Positions 22,045-32,106 of a DNA stretch of 53,468 bases are shown here, one piece after another (the stretch's first letter is position 1; each line of letters starts with the position of its first letter). The DNA is from Mitosporidium daphniae. Taxonomy: Eukaryota. The stretch spans positions 62,001 through 115,468 of the forward strand of contig NW_013546622.1 in the NCBI RefSeq assembly GCF_000760515.2, written 5' to 3'. Under the pieces are notes generated by a model that had not been told where the DNA came from, made no database searches, and worked only from the letters and a program-made list of their open reading frames with translations. Both the position numbers and the translations under genes were made by a program.

Positions 22045-22929
22045 TCATTTGAGATTATCGGGCAATTCCCATTCAGACAAAAACTTTATCTTGTAGCCAT
22101 GGACAGACAGGCAATTGTTCCCCAAATCCAAAATGACTTGATGTCTTTTCAACATGTCCAACCCGAGGATAATCTCGATCTTTCCGCTGTTAGTCATGTC
22201 CATCACATGAAACCCACAGGGAAGCACAACAGCCTCCTTTTTCTGCAGCTCTTGCCAAAGGATTAGCTCGATAGAATGCACTTTTCCCAAGATTTTTGAC
22301 TGGCCAACTCCATTTGCTGTTCCAAAGAATCTTTTATCGACGGCCTTGGAAATTTCGTGATTGCTGGCGATGATTGAGGAGCAAATAATAGATGCTTGTG
22401 CACCTGTATCTATCAATGCAGTATATGAAGATCCTGCTAAAGACACCTTGATAAATAGAAGAACCACTCTTCCAAAGGATTCTGGAAAATGTTCAAGCGC
22501 ATGGTAAAGATTTTGATCTTGTGTTGAAATTTGGGGATTTTTTGGTGAAAAAAAGGTGGAAAGCTCATTGGAAAGCACACTAGAAAGCCTTTCTTTCTTT
22601 TTTTGCTTTGCAACCCCCAACGTCTTACCTTTGGGCGGTATAATTCCAATGACAGAGGTAATATTTTGTTTGAACACGTTTCCGACCGTGAGCGAATTGT
22701 CGTCAAGTTCAATATTTTTTTTTTCATCCGGTAGGTAAAGATGGAAGGTTTCCAAGCCCGTCTACGGATAAATTAAACCCTAACCCTTGCCTCTGACTTG
22801 ATCAATGTTATCAGTAGCTCCATCTATGGCAAGTTAAAAGCGCATTACCGGTGTGTCTGATGAAAGGTCCAGCGAAAACATGCAGTCCTCCGCTTGATTG
22901 TCCCTTTTAAATCTAAACTTCAGCAGCAT
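22045..22929 (-). CDS. DDI1: Ddi1-like protein (UBL domain plus retroviral-type aspartic protease), about 276 aa; introns 22824-22848 and 22762-22790 (GC-AG; alternative GT donor at 22784)
   Basis: Motifs ALEHFPESFGRVVLLFIKV, ALIDTGAQASII, DKRFFGTANGVGQSKILGKVH and ILGLDMLKRHQVILDL. A UBL-like N-terminus appears after splicing. Confidence 0.9.
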
Positions 22930-22987
22930 CAAAAAATTGGAAATAAAATTTGGGTTTATTATTGCAATGCATTTCACTTTGAAAATA

Positions 22988-23944
22988 TCATGAACTGACG
23001 GCCGCAGACGCGGTGGCGCTTGCCGCTGCGGCGGCCGTTGCCGCCGTTGGTTTACCCAATTGGGATAGATTCAAAACCGAAATTCCAGACTTGTACAACA
23101 CTAGGCAAATTGTGGAAGCCCCACACTTACCTTCTGCATCATCGGAGCTGTGGATGATCTCAACAGATAGGGTGTCTGCCGATTGGCCCTCGATCTCTTC
23201 CGAAAGCGAGATCACAACATCAACAAAAAACGTATACTACAAAGAAAAGCTAGCTCCATGTCACTTACAGAGGTCAGCAAATCAGATAGGGTTTCTAGAT
23301 TTGGAAGGCTGTCGAAAAGGGGCGAATTTTCGATCGGATTCGCCCTATAAAGACAAAGTTGTGATGCGCAAACCAAACCTCTCGGGAGAAAGGTCTGAGG
23401 AATTAAACGAATCTTCGCTCATGTCTGCGGAATTTTTAAATGCCGCAATGGATTGTAGAATCGAGGGGTGGCCAATGGTCAAGCATATCTTTGCTGAGCA
23501 AGAGCTCAGGCAAGCATCATCTAAAAACGGAAAGGCTAAAAGTACTTTCAAAAGACTTGATGATGGTCGATGCAATGGAGGGGCAGTCGATTGGAAGCGT
23601 GATCAGCGTCCTGGGGCCAACAAGATCGTCCTGGATCCAGTTTTCAAGAGAACGACTGAGCATGATCACGTCCGGGCTTGAGCCGTGATTGCCGATCGAA
23701 GGGAACTAAGATAAGAAGGGCGCGGTGGCCATACTGAGATGAATCTGTCGGGCCGACTTTCGTCAACAAGATACGTGTTTTGCACGAAAGAAAAAAACTC
23801 CTTTGGACTCATGCTTACCGGAGAAAATGTGATGGGCGTATGGGGGGCCAGTCCACAATCCGCCTGGGAATTGCAGACATCAGTATCGGTGTCGGTATCG
23901 GTGTCGGTATCGGTGTCGGTATCGGTGTCTTGAGCCATGGCCAT
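22988..23944 (-). CDS. Hypothetical protein with N-terminal (DT)n tract; 4 introns (23706-23734, 23521-23545, 23345-23378, 23237-23268)
   Basis: Four GT-AG introns of 25-34 nt join the minus-strand fragments into one continuous frame from ATG 23944 to TGA 22988. Confidence 0.75.
23883..23929 (+). repeat. 12-bp tandem repeat (GTATCGGTGTCG)n encoding the DTDT run on the minus strand
   Basis: Directly visible, about 4 copies. Confidence 0.9.
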
Positions 23945-24176
23945 GGATAGAGCGGCGGATGTTATCGAAAATGAAAAGATTAAATTAGCTCGGGTTCGGG
24001 AGTTCCTAATCAGTGGTCGAATCGAGCATAGTGCCAGGAAAAGAACCAATCACGGGCTCAACGCAGATCAAATAGCCAAATTATTGCGCCCAAATCAAAC
24101 TTTAAAATAAGGTTTCTCGGCCATCGAAGCGAACAAGCCGCTGCAGAAACGAACAGGCAGCTGCAAACATGAAATG

Positions 24177-25579
24177 CTACAATAGTTTATTTCTTTTTAT
24201 CAATTTTAAAAGGGTTGGAATCACAGTCTTGTCAAGGTCTGTAGCCCAAAGAAAATCCAGATGCTCGTAATGCTCGACATTTATGTATTTGGCGCTTTGC
24301 AGAATGCCCTTGAAAGATGAGTCGACATTGCTTAGCGAATCACAGCCTCCATAGAAAATTAAAACTTTGGTTTTAATGTTTGAGAGAGTAAACTTTGGAA
24401 CCAAATGGCGCTTGGAAAAGATCATATTGTTGTCGTCGTACATTTGGAATCTTCCAGAGTCAATGATTTGCAGCCAATGCTAGCATGTTAAATTGGGTGT
24501 CAATTACTGTGATCAGCTTTGTCGACGTTGTGGAGTACAGATTTTGATACAAAATTGCCTTGTTGGGGAGCGAGATGTTTTGCAGGCTCCATCCGAATAG
24601 CATTTTCATCAAAAAGTCCAGCAAGTGCGCGTACACTTTGGGGCTCAAAATGTCTCTCCAAAAATATGTAAGCTCGATGAACGAGGTCCGCCCAAAAAAC
24701 AGATACACCAGTTTGGAAGAAAACCGTATGAACGAAGAAACCGTCTTTGTTTGGATGCTTTTGGGAATGGTCGTTGCGGAAAGAGCGACGAACAGGTCGA
24801 TTTTCGATTGAAGCGTTTTGCTCAAAGAAAGGGCCGCAAACATCGCCGCCGTTCCCTGCGAAAAGCCCACATAGGAGAGGCACGTTGATGACGTTGTATT
24901 CAAGATGAACTAAAAATAACAAAGCGCGCACCACGTACATCTATCATGGTCGGGATGTCAATCAGCGCCAACTCGTCCAAAGAAAAGTCCCAATATTCGA
25001 CATCAAAGGGCTTCAATCGCAGGTGCTTGGACGAGTATTTGTTGCCCCGAAAGTTTCCCAGCCAAACGTCATAACTACATGTGGGCGGTAAAAATCGGTA
25101 TCGCAATACCCCATGTCAAGTAGGATGAAGGCATAGGAGAGCGACTTGAGCGGAGTGCAAACCCACACGTCCGAAGACATCATGCACCCATGCATTAGAA
25201 GAATAGGAGATGGCTTTGAAAACGTGGCGGGCTCGTTCCCCGGTATTATGGACGAAAATCCGGATTTTCGAATGCGATGCAACGTCAAGATGAACCCATC
25301 ATCGGTGAGACACAGGTGCTCTTCGGCCGCATACCCCTCGCATCTATTGTGCAAAAGCTCATTTCATCAACAAGCGTACCTTTCGACAAACTCAACAAAG
25401 TTGGTAGGGTTGGTCTTTTTGTCGGCGTCGCTCGGACCGAATGATAAAAATGCCAAAACAAAATCGGGAATCCATGACAGCAAAATGCGCAGCAAAAGTT
25501 CGCCCAGAAGAAGGTAAAATGCAAATATCACATTGACCAGGTCGCAAACACATACTCGCGAGATTATCGGGATTGGCAT
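24177..25579 (-). CDS. TGL1: Sterol esterase/triacylglycerol lipase (Tgl1-like alpha/beta hydrolase); 4 introns (25344-25379, 25075-25109, 24910-24938, 24480-24507)
   Basis: Motifs EEHLCLTDDGFILTLHRI, GYDVWLGNFRGNKYS, YVGFSQG (nucleophile elbow) and YEHLDFLWA; N-terminal membrane anchor. Confidence 0.9.
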
Positions 25580-25900
25580 GCTCTGAATTCCAAAAATGCA
25601 TTTCAGCACGGCAACCAATTTAAATAATAATTGGTCGCATCGGAAAAAATCAATTTTCAAAATAAGAAGATTAATGCATCATCGATGGCGAGCCGCAGCA
25701 TGGGGAAGCTGCAAGCGCGCCAACCCCCCACAAAGACAAATTGAATTGCAATAAATTGGTTTCAACCCTAGCCTGCCCACCGGCCCCACCCCACCCCACC
25801 CCGCTGTGTTGTGTATTGTTATTAATGATTCATGCTGATGATGTGGAATAAAATTTAATTTTAATTTGCATCCTTTGATCCACCTCCTTTGGACACCGCC

Positions 25901-28900
25901 ATGGACCAAGGGGCCAATCCAAATTTAGATTTGATTAATGAAGCGAACACATTAAATAAATCAAATGCAAATGCAAAAGTTCATGATTCGCAGCGATTGC
26001 CCGATTTTTCGGGCTCTTCCTATGCTCTTAACCATCAAGAGTCTCCCGTTCTTTCATTCTCCAACGCCAACTCTTCCTCTTCCTCCTCCGACGTCTATTC
26101 AGAAGCAGATGATGATATTGTCGGCGAAGATGATGAAGACGAATCGGAAGAAGATGAAAATTATGTCGATTCCGATGAAGAACAACGGCGGCTCAACTAT
26201 AATAAGCGAACAGCAAAAATGGCCTCCATTCGACAATCAGGCGCCATCAATTCAGATTCAAGTTTAACATCACAAACCGTGGTTGCAAAAAGAGGGCGCA
26301 AGCCAAAGATTCCTGGAGAACCGCCCAGGCCACGGGGCCCTCCAAGGGGTCCAAGAGGGCCTTACAAGCCAAGAAGAGCAAAGGACCCCTCTGTTGCCTC
26401 GCAGGCCCCATCTAGGCCGTTTGCTTACATGCCGCCTCGAGCTTATCAATCGACCTCCAACCTCTCCTATGAGTATCCCTATCGCCATCCTGCATTAAAT
26501 GGCTTGCCTCCCCAGGCCATTTTGGTGCCCATGCCTGGGCCAAATGGAATTCCCATTATGGTTCCATATCTTCCGGCTTCCATGGTTATGCCGCAGGCAT
26601 CTTTGGCCGCATCAAGGCCACCAACTTTAGTTGAAAATGCGTCTTCTTTTGCTGCCACCGAGGCTGCATCCAACAGTGCGCCAAATGCTGCATTTAATCA
26701 AGGCCAGGTGGCCGCAAGCACCCAAATGCTGCCGATTCCCATCATTACAACACCTTCAGGCGTAATGGTTTCTACCACGACGGGACAAATTATACCATCC
26801 CCACCGCAATTTCGACTAGATAACCCTGTGCCCCTCGCGCCTCAAACCCTTCCCCAAGCACAATTTGATGGTAACCCTCAACTGCCCGTTTCTGGCGTTC
26901 AGCAACAAAGTCAGTATCAACAACACGCCCCTTCTCAAATAATCCCGCAAGCTCCTCAAAGGCTGATTGATGCCAATTTTGATGCTACCGGCCCCTCATT
27001 AGTTAAAGATAGGGCCCGTAGGTCAAATATAAAGTCTGTCAATTACTCCTCGTTTGATCGTGACAATGAAGCCACTGAAGAAGATAGAGAAGCCAAAATT
27101 TATGAGCTTGAATCGACTGCTGCCGCTCAAACCAATGCTACAAAAAAGAAATTTAAACATGAAAATGTTGAGGCTGCAGATACGATACACAACGAGTCTC
27201 CCCAATCCACCGGTGCGTCAGAAGCTAAAAGCCCACCGTCCAATTCACACGAAGATACCGATGATGATGTAGATGATTTAGAAGGTGGCGATTATCTTCC
27301 TTTGGTCGAAAAGATCGTCGCTGTCTCGATCAATGGAAGCATAGTTTCCATTGAAGATGCTATCTCTCACAACGATGCCAATGTTCTGATAACTCCAGGG
27401 GCCGAGCATGAAGTTGATGGCATGAGGCTATTGACGGCAAACAAAGACCTCTCCAATGTGCTCAAGCAACAAAACATGGACAGGGAACCATCTGCAAAAC
27501 GGACCCTTTCAAAAAGCAATCAAGTCGAGGGCCTTCAGTTGTTTCTGGTTAAAGCAACAAACCGTTCATATTGGCATCTTGAATGGGTCACCAAAGACCT
27601 GATTCTGGCCGAGCATGGCGGGAACGTTCGGTATCACCGCTTTATAGGCAAACCGGCCAATCTTTCGCTCACACCACCCTACTTTGATGAAAACTACCTT
27701 GTAATTGATCGGATCTTGGATCTATATATTGAGCAGAAAGACGAAGATTCCCTTGATGCCGATGGTGATGGTGCTGGCGATAACAATCCAAGCGAAGAAG
27801 ATCATTGTGCTAGCACCGAGTCATCAGACTCATCTAAAAATTCGATTAAAGCCCCTCCCCCATTGGAAGGCCGAAGATCTTTTCTGATCAAGTGGAAGAA
27901 TCTTTCCTATGATGTAACGACTTGGGAATATGAAGATACTATTCGGCTAAAGGATCCCGATCGAGCATCCCAGTTGATTGATAGCTTTTTGTCGGCCCGT
28001 GAACCTACAGAGCGCAAAATACAGACATCCAAAATGCTTGTGGATGTTAAAAGCTCCAATACCACCATTCCCAGGCCACAATATGCCCCTATTACAGATG
28101 CCGAGTGCGAGTTGCTCTGGGGTAGCTCCAAAAGGGTGTTACGTCCATACCAGCGAGAAGGTGTCGATTGGCTCTCGTTTTGCTGGTGCCAGCGCCAGCC
28201 TTGCATCATTGCTGACGAGATGGGCCTTGGAAAGACAATCCAAGCTGCTGCCTTTTTGGCTCGCATTTCAAGCGAATCTTTCGGTCAGGTGCCTGGGCCT
28301 TTTCTTGTCATCTCCCCGCTATCGTGCATCCCACACTGGGAGCGCGAGCTCGCCGGCTGGGCACCTTCTCTTTCTGTACTGACATACCAAGGGCGTGCAA
28401 GCGATCGCGAGGCGCTTTTTGAATACGAGTTTTGGTACAAGGACGAGGAGAAAAACCAGCTGAACCTTCCAGGAATTGCAAAATTTGACGTGCTGCTCGC
28501 CTCGTATGAGATGGCGGTCTTGGGACAGGCACACCTGCGAACAGTTCCTTTTCGGATCGGAATCTTTGACGAGGCACACCGTTTAAAAAACCGCGCGTCT
28601 AGAATTGCGGAGATTTTGAACACCTTTCGCATTGAACACAAAATCTTACTGACAGGGACACCACTGCAGAACTCCATCGAAGAGCTCTTTGCGCTACTGA
28701 CGTTCATACAGCCGTGGCGCTTTTCAGACGAGGCAGCCTTTTTGGCAGAGTACGGACGAATGGAGCGGCCAGAAGACGTCGCTAAAATTCAGCTCATGTT
28801 GCGTCCGCTGATGCTTCGAAGATTGAAAGAAGATGTGGAGGCATCGATCCCGCTACGCGAGGAGACCATCATTGAGGTAGCACTTTCGTCCGTACAAAAG

Positions 28901-31483
28901 CGGTACTATCGCGCCATTCTGGAACGCAACCTGACATATCTTGCTGGCGGGGGTGGAGGCGCCGCCGGACTGTCCTCATTGGCCAACGCCATGATGGAGC
29001 TACGCAAGACCTGCATGCATCCATTTCTAATTGAAGGCGCCGAGGATGCCCTCACTCAGGGAGCCGACTATCACTATGTGCTGACACACGTTTCCTCAAA
29101 GCTGCTGCTTGTTGAGAAGCTGCTACGCAAGCTCCGGGAAGATACAACACCGCATCGTGTTTTGATCTTTTCGCAGATGACGCGAATGCTGGATCTGATT
29201 GAGACTTTATTGGAGGCCCATTCATATCCCTGGGAGCGCATTGATGGCAGGGTACGCGGAGATTTGCGCCAGGCGGCAATTGACCGCTTTTGCGACCAAG
29301 AGCGGGACGCCTTTGTTTTTCTTCTTTGTACCAGAGCCGGGGGTGTGGGAATCAACTTGACCGCCGCAGATACTGTCATCATTTTCGATTCCGACTGGAA
29401 TCCGCAAAATGACATACAGGCGATGGCACGGTGCCATCGCATCGGTCAAACGCGGCAGGTGAAAGTCTATCGGCTCATCTGCACAGGAACATATGAGCAG
29501 GAAATGTTAGAGCGTGCAGGCCGCAAATTGGGTCTGGATAGGGCTATTTTACAGAAAATGGCGCCCGGGAAAGATATCACACCAACGGGAACAGGCCCCA
29601 CTTCGAATGGAGCCACTGGATCTGGTGATGTATCTGGGGTTGCCGGCATCTCCACCACTGGAGGGCTTTCTTCCTTTTCGCGAAAGGAAATCGAGCACCT
29701 TCTTCGCAAGGGCGCGTATGGGGCCATCTTCAATGACGAAGAAGACCCTGGAGCTATTGGAAAAATCCCGCAAGAAGATGAAGATATCGACGTCATACTC
29801 GAACGACGGACGCGTGTAATTACACACACAGATGAAGAGACATCCGCGGAAATGGCGCCTGAACAGGGCTCGTCTATCTTCAGCAAGGCATCATTTGTGC
29901 CCTCGAAAAGTAACTTTGGTGTCGACGTAGACGACCCCAATTTCTGGGTACTATGGGCGCGACATGTGCGCGAAGGCGATGCAGCAAGCGGCGCAGATGG
30001 AAGCAAGTCTCGCCGGTTTGCCGATGCCATCACTTCGCCCTTGGAAGAAGACCAACGGCGTTTCAAGCGACAACTTAAACGGATCACTCGGGAGGGGCGC
30101 TCTTATTTAGGTTGTGCTAGTGTGGTCTCTCTTTCAAGCCCGCAGGGCGTGGAATTGGATTCTGAGACCCAAAGTACAGGGCCTGGCGGCTTGTCTGACA
30201 CCAAAAGGGTCTGTTCGGACGCAGAAAAGATTCTCAAGGCACTGCTGCGATTTGGATTTGGACGATCACGCCTAATTAGCGATAGCATGGACGGACGCTA
30301 TACGACTGCTTTGATACGGAAGATCACAAAGTCTTTGATGGAAGACCACATCCTCAAAATGGACCTTGATGCGGTGGACAAGACGCTCGTGAGCGACTCT
30401 ACTTCGCTTCTTTTATTGATAGACGATGAAGAGATAGCAGAGGAAGATGACACGGACAGCTCATGCATAGACGCAGCGGTTGATGTCGAATGTCGAGCAA
30501 TTCTTGATCTGGTTGGGAGTAGCACGTCGCTTTTCGAGGTTCTTCTTATCCGTGCCTCCATAATGCGGCTACTTGGCAGGGTTATTGACCAGCTTTTCCT
30601 CTCGGTCCCTCGGAAAGGAAAAAAGACCGCAAATTTGCGCGGCAGTGCATGGTTAGATGCGGATGCTGGGGCTGCGTTCACATTCCTGGGAGTTAGCACT
30701 TCGTCGTCCGGATTGCGCTCCAAGGCTCCTTCTGCAAAAGCCTTGGCGACCTTTTCTGCAGCACTCGCGTCGTACGACTGGCCGGCCGGTGTCGACGAAG
30801 CCAGCAATGATGGTACATTGCCCACATGGTGGCAGGTGCCGCTGCATGATGCGACATTTCTGTTGACGGTGTGGATTAATGGCCTGGGCACGTCCTTTGC
30901 AGATCTTTTTTCTGATCGGCGACTTTTCCCCCCAAATGACGAGGAACACCTAGATGAGCGGAAACTCGAGCAGCGGTTTAGAACACTCGTTGCTCATGTT
31001 GGCGATGGAATTGAGACGCGTATACTTGAAAAGATCGGAAGAAAGGAGGATAGCTCCGCAAGTAAATTCAACCAATTTGATATTGCCCTCCCGCCCTCGA
31101 GGCCACGAAAGACTCCCGATGGGTTCCTTTTTGCGGCAAATGAGGAAGACGAGGATGAAGAAGAGCTGTGGGAAGATAACCATTCGTCCAAAAAGAGCGA
31201 CCGTAGCGAGCAACGGGCTTCTCAAAAGCGCATTGGCAAGCGGCGTGGCCAAGTTGTTGACGATGACGACGAGTTTGAGGCTGAAGCTGAAGTTGAAGCA
31301 GAGGTGGCTGCTCCAATTCGACGCGGGGCTACCTCATCCAGACACGCTACGCCACGAGGAGCCTCTACCGGTGGCACCACTGCAAACAATGCCAAAGGTG
31401 GCAATTCGAAGAACCAAAAAAAAAACACAACTCGCCCGACGTCCCCTCGTATCAAGCTGCGCATGACTGCAGCACCTCAATAA
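25901..31483 (+). CDS. Chromodomain helicase of the CHD6-9/Kismet type, intronless
   Basis: Two chromodomains (FLVKATNRSYWHLEW; FLIKWKNLSYDVTTWE), SNF2 motifs IIADEMGLGKT, DEAH and QAMARCHRIGQ, and subfamily motifs EIEHLLRKGAYGA, FSKASF and DDPNFW. First ATG at 25901. Confidence 0.93.
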   Translation: MDQGANPNLDLINEANTLNKSNANAKVHDSQRLPDFSGSSYALNHQESPVLSFSNANSSSSSSDVYSEADDDIVGEDDEDESEEDENYVDSDEEQRRLNYNKRTAKMASIRQSGAINSDSSLTSQTVVAKRGRKPKIPGEPPRPRGPPRGPRGPYKPRRAKDPSVASQAPSRPFAYMPPRAYQSTSNLSYEYPYRHPALNGLPPQAILVPMPGPNGIPIMVPYLPASMVMPQASLAASRPPTLVENASSFAATEAASNSAPNAAFNQGQVAASTQMLPIPIITTPSGVMVSTTTGQIIPSPPQFRLDNPVPLAPQTLPQAQFDGNPQLPVSGVQQQSQYQQHAPSQIIPQAPQRLIDANFDATGPSLVKDRARRSNIKSVNYSSFDRDNEATEEDREAKIYELESTAAAQTNATKKKFKHENVEAADTIHNESPQSTGASEAKSPPSNSHEDTDDDVDDLEGGDYLPLVEKIVAVSINGSIVSIEDAISHNDANVLITPGAEHEVDGMRLLTANKDLSNVLKQQNMDREPSAKRTLSKSNQVEGLQLFLVKATNRSYWHLEWVTKDLILAEHGGNVRYHRFIGKPANLSLTPPYFDENYLVIDRILDLYIEQKDEDSLDADGDGAGDNNPSEEDHCASTESSDSSKNSIKAPPPLEGRRSFLIKWKNLSYDVTTWEYEDTIRLKDPDRASQLIDSFLSAREPTERKIQTSKMLVDVKSSNTTIPRPQYAPITDAECELLWGSSKRVLRPYQREGVDWLSFCWCQRQPCIIADEMGLGKTIQAAAFLARISSESFGQVPGPFLVISPLSCIPHWERELAGWAPSLSVLTYQGRASDREALFEYEFWYKDEEKNQLNLPGIAKFDVLLASYEMAVLGQAHLRTVPFRIGIFDEAHRLKNRASRIAEILNTFRIEHKILLTGTPLQNSIEELFALLTFIQPWRFSDEAAFLAEYGRMERPEDVAKIQLMLRPLMLRRLKEDVEASIPLREETIIEVALSSVQKRYYRAILERNLTYLAGGGGGAAGLSSLANAMMELRKTCMHPFLIEGAEDALTQGADYHYVLTHVSSKLLLVEKLLRKLREDTTPHRVLIFSQMTRMLDLIETLLEAHSYPWERIDGRVRGDLRQAAIDRFCDQERDAFVFLLCTRAGGVGINLTAADTVIIFDSDWNPQNDIQAMARCHRIGQTRQVKVYRLICTGTYEQEMLERAGRKLGLDRAILQKMAPGKDITPTGTGPTSNGATGSGDVSGVAGISTTGGLSSFSRKEIEHLLRKGAYGAIFNDEEDPGAIGKIPQEDEDIDVILERRTRVITHTDEETSAEMAPEQGSSIFSKASFVPSKSNFGVDVDDPNFWVLWARHVREGDAASGADGSKSRRFADAITSPLEEDQRRFKRQLKRITREGRSYLGCASVVSLSSPQGVELDSETQSTGPGGLSDTKRVCSDAEKILKALLRFGFGRSRLISDSMDGRYTTALIRKITKSLMEDHILKMDLDAVDKTLVSDSTSLLLLIDDEEIAEEDDTDSSCIDAAVDVECRAILDLVGSSTSLFEVLLIRASIMRLLGRVIDQLFLSVPRKGKKTANLRGSAWLDADAGAAFTFLGVSTSSSGLRSKAPSAKALATFSAALASYDWPAGVDEASNDGTLPTWWQVPLHDATFLLTVWINGLGTSFADLFSDRRLFPPNDEEHLDERKLEQRFRTLVAHVGDGIETRILEKIGRKEDSSASKFNQFDIALPPSRPRKTPDGFLFAANEEDEDEEELWEDNHSSKKSDRSEQRASQKRIGKRRGQVVDDDDEFEAEAEVEAEVAAPIRRGATSSRHATPRGASTGGTTANNAKGGNSKNQKKNTTRPTSPRIKLRMTAAPQ

Positions 31484-31629
31484 ACAATCGAATTCACGAC
31501 ACGGCACCCCATGGATTGGAGATATTTTACGACCGTGTGGAAGGTCTATCGGCTTTCTATTTGCATCCTTCTTTGAAGCTACATTTACTTTGAAAAGATC
31601 AAGCGGTGCTATTTAAAAGTTTATTGAGA

Positions 31630-32013
31630 CTAGACAGTAGCGGAAACATCCTTCCATTGGAAGTTACAGCTGATGTTACAACAAACAAAGCTGAGTGTGA
31701 GAGACGGGGCATCTGCATATCGCTCCCGCTCGTGGAAGAAAACGGCTTGATGGTGTGTGCAACGCGGGCATTTTACCCTTGATGTGCGTGGAAGTGTAGG
31801 ATCCGAAGCAAGGTCAACACGCCCCCTTTGCTTGCTTTGGCCCTTGAATAGGATATCGTTTCGGGAGACAATATGCCCAACTGCCGGCTCTTGATGGTCG
31901 CAATTCTTGCAAAAGAAAAGCAGCTGCCGTGCGGAGCGGTCTTCGCGTGGATACAGCATATTGTTGCACTCGGCACAGAAGCGCACCGAGGAGGTGTCCG
32001 CCGCCTGGTCCAT
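31630..32013 (-). CDS. RPB9: RNA polymerase II subunit Rpb9
   Basis: Motifs RFCAECNNMLYPRED, CKNCDH, DPTLPRT and CPRC...AVFF (two zinc ribbons). Confidence 0.97.
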   Translation of the reverse strand: MDQAADTSSVRFCAECNNMLYPREDRSARQLLFFCKNCDHQEPAVGHIVSRNDILFKGQSKQRGRVDLASDPTLPRTSRVKCPRCTHHQAVFFHERERYADAPSLTLSFVCCNISCNFQWKDVSATV

Positions 32014-32106
32014 GCTTCAAATAAAGAGATTAACTTGCTAAATTTAGGGTTGGTGCTGAGCCAAGTGCCCTGCTTGGTAATTAAAATTTAAAATTTGGCA
32101 TTTGCA

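Noticed and set aside
22045..22500. Retrotransposon protease or LTR element
   Set aside because: The DTG protease carries Ddi1-specific flanks and a UBL domain; there is no gag, RT, integrase or LTR nearby.
23013..23681. 222-aa plus-strand ORF
   Set aside because: It starts at GTG, is antisense to a coherent four-intron minus-strand gene and has no recognisable motifs.
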